64,000 nucleotides of DNA from an uncultured Candidatus Saccharibacteria bacterium (GTDB taxonomy: Bacteria > Patescibacteriota > Saccharimonadia > Saccharimonadales > Saccharimonadaceae): the NCBI GenBank assembly GCA_964585155.1, contig CAZPCQ010000001.1, forward strand, positions 8,070 to 72,069, read 5' to 3'. The position numbers and the translations under genes were made by a program. Position 1 is the first letter of the stretch. Every line of letters starts with the position of its first letter. A model generated the notes under the pieces. That model did not search any database and had not been told where the DNA came from. It was given only the letters and a program-made list of their open reading frames with translations. Of this stretch, positions 37,369 to 46,337 are shown in pieces.

Positions 37369-38337
37369 TCAGGTGGGGTCAGAAGGGAACGGACCAGTAT
37401 AAGGACCATTTTCCGGCTCAATCTGCCCCGTTTTTACCAGATGTTGCGTCCAGATTTCCTCCAACGCCTCCCGGTATTGCTCTTGCGAGTTCACGATATC
37501 GCCGTGCGTTGCCGGCACCGATACCTGGATCGCGTCCGCGTACAAGCCTTTTAGGGAGCTAATCTGCAGATACTCATCCTGCTCGCTGGTCACCAAGCCG
37601 ATAACGCTTCTCGTTGACGGCCTAATTGCACCATTCGCCTCTTCCACCAGGTTATATTCCCGCATTGTCTGCAGGTTATCTGACCGGCCATTCGCGTCCG
37701 GGATCAGGCTAAACCATCCCTTGATATATACCCACACACGCCGCCATGGGACTCCCCTAGTAACCGTCTTTTGCAGCTCCGGCCGTATCACCAATGTACT
37801 CGGGCACGGGTCGATCAGGACTATCCCTGGGTCATTCAAACTTGACTTCGACATCGCTTCGTGTGCCGCTAGCGCTCCCGATCCGATCGCCCAGATCGTC
37901 ACCTTGCTATAGCCATTGCGCATCACGTCGCGACTCAGCTCATTTGCCACGCCGTATGCGGTGTACTGGAATTGCTGACATTTGACTGCTTTAATCGTAC
38001 CGTGCAAATTATCCGGCAGGATTGCAAGCATATCTTCCGGTCGCGTCTGCTCACCGGCGATTAAGTAATGCACCTCGTCCGACTGGTAGATCCCCACGCC
38101 GTTTAGCGTCTCCAGCTTCGGTGGGCCATCGTACATACCAAGCCCAAGCACTCCCCTTACCAACGCAAAGGTCCCCGAGTTCGTGAACTCCGCGATGATT
38201 AGTACTATGAGCACTACGCGAAGCACTTGTCGGGATCGCTTCTCCGGCTCCCTATCCCAGAGAAAGGCGAGCCCAACGCCCAGCATCACCCACAGTATGG
38301 CCACAATCAGTCCTACCAGGAAAAATGACAACAACAT
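37369..38337 (-). CDS. Hypothetical membrane protein with a possible alpha/beta-hydrolase-like domain
   Basis: Two N-terminal TMs; VTIWAIGSGALAA and VLIDP resemble nucleophile-elbow regions; atypical codon usage. Confidence 0.55.
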   Translation of the reverse strand: MLLSFFLVGLIVAILWVMLGVGLAFLWDREPEKRSRQVLRVVLIVLIIAEFTNSGTFALVRGVLGLGMYDGPPKLETLNGVGIYQSDEVHYLIAGEQTRPEDMLAILPDNLHGTIKAVKCQQFQYTAYGVANELSRDVMRNGYSKVTIWAIGSGALAAHEAMSKSSLNDPGIVLIDPCPSTLVIRPELQKTVTRGVPWRRVWVYIKGWFSLIPDANGRSDNLQTMREYNLVEEANGAIRPSTRSVIGLVTSEQDEYLQISSLKGLYADAIQVSVPATHGDIVNSQEQYREALEEIWTQHLVKTGQIEPENGPYTGPFPSDPT

Positions 38338-38660
38338 TATTACCCCTCCTAATTTTTTGTCTTCTGATCTGATTTCACTGGATAACCGCAGTAGAACTTG
38401 TATAACTACCTGGTTTATAAAGTCCCACTTCGGTCTTTGCTGGATTTTTGCTGGTTTCTGCTATGTCTGGCCCATCCGCCAGAGATTTTCCCACCTTTCT
38501 TCTAGTAAAATTGATTTCAAAGAACCTCGGGTCACACCCAACCTTCAAATTATAGCACACTTCACCAAACATTTCAAGTCTTGCCAAAACGCTTATGCTG
38601 TGCTACAATAAGCTCATCGCTCTGCTAATGAGCCAAAAGTTGATTTTTCTATAAAGATTT

Positions 38661-38870
38661 TGAGGGCGGCGAACCGCCTCTGGAGCGGGACCTAAGACTT
38701 GGCCGAGCGGATTCCGAACTGCCGAGAATAGCGAACAGAAAGAAAAGTCTTTGAGTAGTATTCTATATATCATACACTTTATTAGACTTTTCTTTCTTAA
38801 GCGACGCAGGCAGCATGTGGCGCCAGCCACTGCAGCGGTCCCGCGGAAGAGGTGGGAGCGAAAGCCCTCA
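38661..38870 (+). repeat. Structured repeat family A, full copy
   Basis: Aligns end to end with 62221-62430; ends 6 bp from the galE stop codon. Confidence 0.9.
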
Positions 38871-38876
38871 GGAAAA

Positions 38877-39896
38877 CTATCTCAATTTCAACCCTTGCTC
38901 TTTCAAATACTTCAAAGTATCCTCCATCGCCTCATCCACTGTCAGCTCTGTCGTCCAGTGGAGTTCTTTTTCTGCTAATGTCGGGTCGGCATAGAACTCC
39001 GGCAAATCCCCCGCTCTGCGTCCCACGATCTGGCAGGGAAGTTTACGCTCACTTACCCGGTCAAACGCCTCCACCATCTGGAACACCGATCGCCCCTCGC
39101 CCGAGCCCAGATTATAGATTTGCACCCCTGCATCCATATGATTCAGCGCCGCCAAGTGTCCCTTCGCCAGGTCTACCACGTGGATGTAGTCGCGAATGCA
39201 ACTTCCGTCCGGCGTCGGGTAATCATCCCCGTACACCGACAACTGCTTCATCTGCCCCGTCGCCACCTTCATAATAATTGGCATCAAATTATTCGGCTTA
39301 TCATTCGGATCCTCACCCAGCAATCCCGACGGATGCGCTCCAATCGGGTTAAAATACCTCAAAATCGTCACCTGGAACTCCGGATCTGCCACCGCCACAT
39401 CCTTCAAGATTTCCTCGATCATATATTTCGTCCGGCCGTATGGGCTCGGGATCTCTTGCCCGGTCCGCATCGTTTCCACCAATTTTGGCGAATCCTGCAC
39501 TCCATATACCGTCGCCGACGAAGAGAACACGATCGCCTTGCAGCCAAACTCCTGCATACATTCCAGCAAGTTGATCGTTCCACCCACGTTATTCTCATAA
39601 TACCTTAGCGGCTGTTCTACCGACTCCCCTACCGCCTTCAGTCCGGCAAAATGTATCACCGCATCATACTCCGTCTCCGCAAATACCTTCGCCAGCGCCT
39701 CCGCATCCCTGAGGTCCACATTGTAAAATTTCGGCTTCGCTCCCGCGATCTCCGCAATCTTGTCCAGTACCTCGATCTTACTATTGTAGAGGTTATCCAG
39801 TATCTCCACCTCATATCCTGCCTGGATTAACTCCACCGCCGTATGCGACCCAATATACCCCGTCCCCCCTGTGACTAAAATCTTCTTTTTCTCCAT
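38877..39896 (-). CDS. galE: UDP-glucose 4-epimerase
   Basis: LVTGGTGYIGSH, HFAGLKAVGES, FSSSATVYG, YGRTK, LRYFNPIGAH. Confidence 0.97.
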   Translation of the reverse strand: MEKKKILVTGGTGYIGSHTAVELIQAGYEVEILDNLYNSKIEVLDKIAEIAGAKPKFYNVDLRDAEALAKVFAETEYDAVIHFAGLKAVGESVEQPLRYYENNVGGTINLLECMQEFGCKAIVFSSSATVYGVQDSPKLVETMRTGQEIPSPYGRTKYMIEEILKDVAVADPEFQVTILRYFNPIGAHPSGLLGEDPNDKPNNLMPIIMKVATGQMKQLSVYGDDYPTPDGSCIRDYIHVVDLAKGHLAALNHMDAGVQIYNLGSGEGRSVFQMVEAFDRVSERKLPCQIVGRRAGDLPEFYADPTLAEKELHWTTELTVDEAMEDTLKYLKEQGLKLR

Positions 39897-40139
39897 CTTA
39901 TTCCTATCTTACCATACTTTTCTCTATTTTGCCTAAAATCCTCCCCAGTCTCTCGCCTTGCAAATTCAACCACCTATGGCATTGCTCACCACATTCTCTA
40001 AAAAACACAAGCAAAATTCAATAATACCTATCTCGCCCCTTGCCAAATCCCGTTATTCTATCCTCCCTGACCATATTCTCCACAAAACACAAGTTATTCA
40101 GCCCAATCCCTGTTGCAATTTTTTGAAGACTGTGTTATG

Positions 40140-40325
40140 ATGGAGCAATAGCGACAAAGCGCCGTTTTTGTCGCCAAAAAGAGGGCTATCTGTACTAATA
40201 GGGCCAAATATTAGTTTTTTACATAAAGATTTTAGAAATAAGTACTTTTATCACTATGAAGAAGATGGTTATATAAAATAATACAAATTTCTTAAACTTT
40301 TCCGCAGGTAGCCCTCTTTTTGTAT
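40140..40325 (+). ncRNA. Candidate small RNA antisense to FISUMP mRNAs (or remnant of a FISUMP 5' end)
   Basis: Promoter-like TTGCAA..TGT-TATGAT; 13-bp IR (40166-40178/40309-40321) followed by Ts; 28 nt identical to 42084-42111. Confidence 0.4.
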
Positions 40326-40519
40326 TCCGCGGTCCGCGCAGGGAATTATGAAAATAAACCTTACCGAGATCTCAAACTTATGCCAATATAGAATCAGCGA
40401 GGCGTCCTAGTGTGTATTTCTTTAGGCTTAGCCCTCCGATTTTTTTGTTTAGGTTTCAGGAAAATGAGTGCCGGCAGGAGTGTCAGCACTCAACAAAACG
40501 CTACTTAAAAATAATGCGC

Positions 40520-42178
40520 CTAGCTGCCAGTAGTAAGGCAGCGAATTGACTGTGCGAAAGTCTGTGACGTGCCAGAGGATGTTCCCGCATAGTTAGCAGT
40601 AAATGTAAAGGCGTTAGCATCATTTCCATTAGGTATGGAGGTCCAATATCCCCCTTGCTTGCCTACATCATCATAGTCAGCCCCATTGCTGTATCGTCCG
40701 GCAGGCACTAAGTATTGTGGTGAATGCCGCAAAGTTCCATAATCACTACCCGTCACTGAGACTACGAAACTAGTAGGTAATTTCCATCCTTTAGGGCATA
40801 TATCACCATTCCCGCTAGCAGCACCAACGTTGCTACCACGAGTATTACTTGCATTTGCTGTATTATATGGGTAGTAATCGCCAACAAGATAATGAGTGTC
40901 TGTATTATTGGGGATACTTCCATTAAAGACCTCGAAATATGCTGTACAGGTAATAACTGTCCCTATATGGCAACCGGTCGATGGCATAGCTGCTGTGGCG
41001 CTAGATGGTTTATATATGTATGTGCCAGGATTATAGTAATTACCTAAGTCTGAAAACGTAAACACAGAAGGTACATTAGTGTCTTCCGGTTTCAATGTAG
41101 TCCCTACAGACAACGGCAAATCAAGATTTTGTGTCATCCAACAATTTCCGTCTTTCAGCTTGCCAACCCAATAAATAGTTTTGCCTAATCCACTCGTAGT
41201 GCGATCATCTACAAGTTGGATTTGGTCTCCGACTGCCATATTTGAGCAGACGGTCGGATATTTTGCGAACTCTTGCATTGTTGTTTCGCCACTTATTACA
41301 TCCAAAACGTCCCACTCATTCGGTAATACGGATAAAAGTACATTTGAAGTATAATGGCCAGCAACTTTATCTTTGCCGAATTTTGCTGCAAAGGAGATCT
41401 TAAGGGCTGCGCCAGCTCCCCCGGTACTTTTGTCAGTAGTATAACTTTCGGTCTTAGTTGGTTCTACTTCCGGCATAGTGCTATATTGTAAACTGGAATC
41501 AGCTTTGCTGGATTCTGCTATTGCGTATCCCCAAGTATTGTCTGCAAAATTATTGGGGGACACATTTTCTCCTACTCCAAATAACACATCGGGCGCTTCT
41601 TGGTTTTGCAATTTGTTAGAGTTTGCCTGTACATATACTTTGTAGCCTTGTGTTCGGCACGCTGTCACTGTAAAATCTTTTGAGAGATAGCTGACTGCAT
41701 TATTGGCAATATCGTCGTCTACACTCTTACTTAAATTTACATCTCCGGTCATATCAAGCGCTAAAACTGGTTTTCCGGCGGCACACTCTTCTGCTGGAGT
41801 TTCCGCATATACTCTTTCTCCGCCAACTCCCACTGGAAATATCATTAAACCTAATACCAAAAGAAGAGCAAATGAGGCTAGTACTAGAGGAATAGTACTA
41901 GGTCTAAGCGACCCAACTCTTCCTTTCCTAAGAAACCGTCCGCAGCGCCACGAGCGAGGAAGAGGTGGCTCGCACCCGTAACGACGGGCTGCGAGAACAC
42001 CGCGTTTCGTGGAAAGTGAAGAGTTGAGGTCGCTTGCGTCAGAGAACTTATCATTACTTGGCTTATCTTTGTAGAAATAAGTATAAGTACTTTTATCACT
42101 ATGAAGAAGATTTTGTCCATCACTAACGCAATGTAACAACGTACTTAAGTTTGGTATTTTCTTTATTCTATGGCGCAT
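40520..42178 (-). CDS. FISUMP domain surface protein 2
   Basis: LKDGNCWMTQNL, GDYYPYNTA, ICPKGWKLP, GGYWTS, QSIRCL; starts MRHRIKK like protein 1. Confidence 0.8.
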   Translation of the reverse strand: MRHRIKKIPNLSTLLHCVSDGQNLLHSDKSTYTYFYKDKPSNDKFSDASDLNSSLSTKRGVLAARRYGCEPPLPRSWRCGRFLRKGRVGSLRPSTIPLVLASFALLLVLGLMIFPVGVGGERVYAETPAEECAAGKPVLALDMTGDVNLSKSVDDDIANNAVSYLSKDFTVTACRTQGYKVYVQANSNKLQNQEAPDVLFGVGENVSPNNFADNTWGYAIAESSKADSSLQYSTMPEVEPTKTESYTTDKSTGGAGAALKISFAAKFGKDKVAGHYTSNVLLSVLPNEWDVLDVISGETTMQEFAKYPTVCSNMAVGDQIQLVDDRTTSGLGKTIYWVGKLKDGNCWMTQNLDLPLSVGTTLKPEDTNVPSVFTFSDLGNYYNPGTYIYKPSSATAAMPSTGCHIGTVITCTAYFEVFNGSIPNNTDTHYLVGDYYPYNTANASNTRGSNVGAASGNGDICPKGWKLPTSFVVSVTGSDYGTLRHSPQYLVPAGRYSNGADYDDVGKQGGYWTSIPNGNDANAFTFTANYAGTSSGTSQTFAQSIRCLTTGS

Positions 42179-42590
42179 CTGCCCTCCTTGTGGGTATTAA
42201 TTATCGCCCCGCAGCCGCCATCTTTGAGGAGGGCCAACTCCATACAAAAATGGCGCCGCGAGGCGAAACCACAATCTAGAAGCAATCTGCTCAAGAACGT
42301 TAGCTTTCTCGTGACGCCATTTTCACGTTCTCAAACAAATACACTCAAATAAGCAATTGTCATAATTCCAAATTGTGATTTCGCACTTCCAATTATATAT
42401 CAAACTGTCTGCGTTTTCAAGCATTTTTCTCGCCTCCCCAGCGAGCTGACGTACGTATCATAAGTTTCATAACCCACTCTTTAGCAGTTAGGATTAAAAA
42501 CCTTCAGAGCTGTCAACAACACGGCCTCCTAAGGCAGATACCTCCTCCTCTCCATCTCTCCTCTAGCGAATTAATCTTGATATTATGCTC

Positions 42591-42746
42591 GGCGCGACCC
42601 GGTGAACCTTTTCATTCGAGGTTATTTCGTTCCTGGCTGGCTCGGGTCCGATTCAGGCGGGTTGGTTCTGAGTGAGAATGGGCTAAATCCTGATGAGGAG
42701 AGAGCCACCAAACCTCGGAGGGAAAGGTGAGCGCAAGGGGAGCGCC
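42591..42746 (+). repeat. Structured repeat family B, copy 1
   Basis: GGCGCGACCCGGTGAACCTTTTCATTC..GGAAAGGTGAGCGCAAGGG shared with 51742-51898. Confidence 0.85.
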
Positions 42747-42915
42747 TTCGCATATATTATTTTAATTCGCCTAAAAAATAAAAATCCTTTTCCATTTTTT
42801 ATTTTCGATATTAATTATAAAAACTATTTCCAAAAACTTTTTATTAATTTTTTGGTTTCAAAAATCTAAGAATATCCTCCTTTCCCAAACCCCCAATCTA
42901 TGCTATACTTATCTT

Positions 42916-44343
42916 ATGAAACGGGACACGGGTTTGATTTTCCACGCTTTCCTGATTTTGGGTGACGCGTGCGCGATTTTACTGTCCTTTTTGGCGGCTT
43001 ATTTTATGCGCACTCATTTGGACCAACGCCCATTTTATTTTGAGGCTGACCCTTGGCGCTTCGTTTTGTCAATGCTGGTTATGGTCCCCGTTTATCTTCT
43101 AATTATGGCTGCCCTCGGGCTGTACAAGAAATCCGTTTTTCTCAGCAATAGTCGCTGGCACGAAATCGGCCGCATTTTCCTCGCCTCTGTCATTGGGATG
43201 ATGGCGATTATCACCTGTGACTTCTTCTTTTCCACCGACCTTTTCCCGGTCAAAGTTATGGCATTATATGCTGTTTTCACCTGTTTTGTCTTGCTTAGTC
43301 TTTTCCGCGGTGGCGTCCGCCTCGTCCGCAGTTTTGCTCTCAAGCACAGCCACAAAGCCGCTCTTCGTGCCATCATTGTCGGCAATAGTCAAAATACCGA
43401 GTACCTCGCTGACTACATCTCCGCTTATCCCGAGTCTGGCTTCCGTCTTGCCGGTATAGTCGCCTCGCAGAAATATATCCCCAAAGATCTCCGCCGCAAA
43501 CAATATTCCTCTCTCAAAGAGGCCTTGCGCAAGGCCCGCCCCGACGTTATTTTCCAAACCGATGAGCGCCGTACTGATTACGTCTATCGTCAGGCTGTCA
43601 ATCGTCATCTCTATTATTATTTCGTGCCTTCTAGTGCTGCTCTTACCGCCCAGACCGGAGAAATGGAGCTCGTCGGCAGTACCCCGGCTATCTTAGTCAA
43701 AGTCACCCCTCTTGCCGGCGGTGCCCGCTTTGCCAAGCGCTGTTTCGATCTGTTTTTCGGGTCGATTATTTTACTGCTTGCCCTCATTCCGATGGTTCTC
43801 ATCTGGCTAATCGAGAAGATCTCCGATCCACACGCCCCTGCCGTCTATAGTGATATCCGCCTCTCCCGCTATAACAAGAAGTTCAAGATTTACAAATTCC
43901 GCTCCATCAAGTCAGAATACAACGGCCTCACCCCAGAGGAGGCCTTCGAGAAAATGGGCAAACCTCAGCTGATCAAAAAATACCGTGCCGGCGGCGATAT
44001 GATCCCTAACGACCCTCGTATCACCAAACTCGGCCACTTCCTCCGCGCCACTTCGCTGGACGAATTGCCGCAATTGTTTAACGTTGTCAAAGGCGACATC
44101 TCTCTCGTCGGTCCCCGTGCCCTCGTCCCCGGAGAACTCCGCCATTACGGCGATCGCTCCCTCCTCCTCTCGGTCAAATCTGGGCTTACTGGCCTCGCCC
44201 AAGTCTCCGGCCGCCGCGACATCGGTTTCGACGAACGTCGCGCCCTCGACCTCTATTACATCCAAAACTGGTCTATCTGGCTTGATCTCCGCATCCTCCT
44301 CCGCACGGTTGGCGCTGTTCTACTCTGTAAAGGGGCGAAATGA
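42916..44343 (+). CDS. Polyprenyl-phosphate sugar-1-phosphate transferase (WcaJ/WbaP family)
   Basis: KRCFDL, FKIYKFRS, DPRITKLGHFLRATSLDELPQLFNV, SLVGPR, DLYYIQNWS. Confidence 0.93.
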   Translation: MKRDTGLIFHAFLILGDACAILLSFLAAYFMRTHLDQRPFYFEADPWRFVLSMLVMVPVYLLIMAALGLYKKSVFLSNSRWHEIGRIFLASVIGMMAIITCDFFFSTDLFPVKVMALYAVFTCFVLLSLFRGGVRLVRSFALKHSHKAALRAIIVGNSQNTEYLADYISAYPESGFRLAGIVASQKYIPKDLRRKQYSSLKEALRKARPDVIFQTDERRTDYVYRQAVNRHLYYYFVPSSAALTAQTGEMELVGSTPAILVKVTPLAGGARFAKRCFDLFFGSIILLLALIPMVLIWLIEKISDPHAPAVYSDIRLSRYNKKFKIYKFRSIKSEYNGLTPEEAFEKMGKPQLIKKYRAGGDMIPNDPRITKLGHFLRATSLDELPQLFNVVKGDISLVGPRALVPGELRHYGDRSLLLSVKSGLTGLAQVSGRRDIGFDERRALDLYYIQNWSIWLDLRILLRTVGAVLLCKGAK

Positions 44344-46337
44344 CCTCTAGGAACTCTCCAAAGGTGGGCTCACGAGCGCAAAACCCCTCAAAATCACCCA
44401 AAAATGACCAACGGTCAGTTTTTCCTGTCAAAAACGCCCAAAAATCTCAAAAACCGAAAAAAGATAATTCTTCGTCGGAAACCGCGCTTTTTGACAAAGA
44501 ATCAAACTGGTCTTTGGAGGTTAGACACCTTTCTCCCAGAAAGGGGTCTAAATATGGCGTCGCCCTCGTCTGTGACTGGCTCACCACCCCTGGTGGCGCC
44601 GAAAAAGTTCTCCTCGAGCTCCACCGTATGTATCCCGACGCCCCCATCTACACCTCTCAATATAGTAAAAAGGGAATCGACTGGTTTGCTGACGCCGATG
44701 TTCGCACCGGCTGGCTCCAAATCTTCCCGAGAGCCTTCCGCAAATTCATCGGTCCCTTACGTCAGCTCTATTTTAGCCACCTCGACCTTTCCAGCTACGA
44801 TCTTGTTATCTCTGTTACTGGTGCTGAAGCCAAATCCGTCCGTACGAAACCTAGGCAACAATCTTCATCAAAAAGCTCCAAAACCGACCTCACCGTGCCC
44901 AAAAAACACCCATCATCAAAAAATGCACCTTCCATCGAACCGCAAACCGGCGCCACCCACCTCTGTTACTGTCACGTCCCTACCCAATACTATTGGCAAA
45001 TGTATGACAAATATGTCGCAAACCCTGGTTTTGGCCTGCTCAACCCTCTTGTTCGCCTCGCTTTTAGAGTTCTAGTCAAGCCTCTCCGCCAGGCCGATTA
45101 TCGCGCCGCTCAGCAGCCCGACCAGTTTATCACCATCTCAAATTACGCCAAAGATCAGATTCAGAAATACTATCAGCGTGACGCTGTTGTCATCGCTCCG
45201 CCGGTCGAAGTTGCCAAATTTACCCGCTCTTCTGTGTGCTCTCTGCCGGAAAACTCTAAAAATCATCGACGGAATTCTACTTTTCCACCGGAAGTAGCCC
45301 AGAAATCCACTGCTAGTGGGGAATTATCCACCAAATCTCCCAAGATTTCCACAAATTCTCCACAAGAAATCCACTGCACGCCTCATACTTTTCCATCAAG
45401 ATCATCTACTTCTCCACAGATTATCCACAGCCAAAACGTAGTTTATCCACAGGGGATTACAACTTCTCCACAACATTTCCACCAGAAATCCACCGAAAAC
45501 CGTAACTTTTCCACAACTTCTCCACAGAATATAGCAGATCTTTCCACCGTTAGCACTAAAATTTCCACAACTTTTCCACAAGTTTTCCACAATCAAAGTC
45601 AAAGTTATCCACAGGACGGATATTTTATCATTTCTTGTCGCCAGGTGAACTGGAAACGCGTTGACCTTGCCATCACCGCCTGCAAATCTCTTCATCTCCC
45701 CCTCAAAGTCATCGGTAGCGGCCCCGAGCATTCACGCCTTGTCAAACTTGCCGATAACTGTCCTAATATTGAATTTATCCCTTGGCTCGACACTGGAGAA
45801 TTAGCCCATTTTCTGCAAAATGCCACCGCCTATCTTTTTCCTAGCCTTGAGCCTTTTGGCATCGCTGCTGTCGAGGCTCTTGCTGCCGGTTGTCCCGTCA
45901 TCGCCTATCGCGAGGGCGGCAGCCAAGACTTTATCGAAGAAGGGAAGAATGGGCTCTTCTTCGATCAGCAGACTCCGGATTCTCTTATCAAGGCTCTCCA
46001 TACTTTCTATGATTACGACTTCGACCCCAATATTGTCGCTCAGACCGCCCAGCGTTTTAGTCCTGACCACTTCCGCCAGCAGATTCAGTCTCTCATCAAT
46101 CAATCTTTTCACGGTATCGTGAAATCAGATCTCGACCCCAGTCAAAGCCACCCCAGTTCATCGACCTCATCTCACTCCAAGCCTATCACGCAAGCCAAAC
46201 AAGGTCACTCAAATCCCAAAGCATCAAACTCCTCATCCCGCCCCAAATCCATCACGAAATCCAAACCTCAGCCCAAAGATCTCATATCAGACCATCGTGC
46301 CAATAAAAAATCAACCAAGAAAGGAACAAATTTATGA
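44340..46337 (+). CDS. GT4 glycosyltransferase with several low-complexity insertions
   Basis: VALVCDWLT..GGAEKV, WKRVDLAI, EPFGIAAVEALAAGCPVIAY. Confidence 0.88.
   Translation: MTSRNSPKVGSRAQNPSKSPKNDQRSVFPVKNAQKSQKPKKDNSSSETALFDKESNWSLEVRHLSPRKGSKYGVALVCDWLTTPGGAEKVLLELHRMYPDAPIYTSQYSKKGIDWFADADVRTGWLQIFPRAFRKFIGPLRQLYFSHLDLSSYDLVISVTGAEAKSVRTKPRQQSSSKSSKTDLTVPKKHPSSKNAPSIEPQTGATHLCYCHVPTQYYWQMYDKYVANPGFGLLNPLVRLAFRVLVKPLRQADYRAAQQPDQFITISNYAKDQIQKYYQRDAVVIAPPVEVAKFTRSSVCSLPENSKNHRRNSTFPPEVAQKSTASGELSTKSPKISTNSPQEIHCTPHTFPSRSSTSPQIIHSQNVVYPQGITTSPQHFHQKSTENRNFSTTSPQNIADLSTVSTKISTTFPQVFHNQSQSYPQDGYFIISCRQVNWKRVDLAITACKSLHLPLKVIGSGPEHSRLVKLADNCPNIEFIPWLDTGELAHFLQNATAYLFPSLEPFGIAAVEALAAGCPVIAYREGGSQDFIEEGKNGLFFDQQTPDSLIKALHTFYDYDFDPNIVAQTAQRFSPDHFRQQIQSLINQSFHGIVKSDLDPSQSHPSSSTSSHSKPITQAKQGHSNPKASNSSSRPKSITKSKPQPKDLISDHRANKKSTKKGTNL
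45281..45613 (+). repeat. Phased DnaA-box array inside the GT4 coding sequence
   Basis: 20 (T/A)T(A/T/C)TCCAC-type 9-mers, every gap 11, 21 or 22 bp; perfect TTATCCACA at 45421, 45443 and 45605. Confidence 0.9.

Noticed and set aside
38661-38870. Family A/B as RNase P RNA, SRP RNA or tmRNA
   Set aside because: Hallmark motifs (GAGGAAAGTCC, SRP helix 8 CAGG..GAAGCAG, tmRNA tRNA-like ends) were not found, and the elements are multi-copy.
42690-42726. Hammerhead-like CTGATGA..GAAA in family B copy 1
   Set aside because: Copy 2 has CAATGA instead and the stem II/GAAA spacing does not fit.
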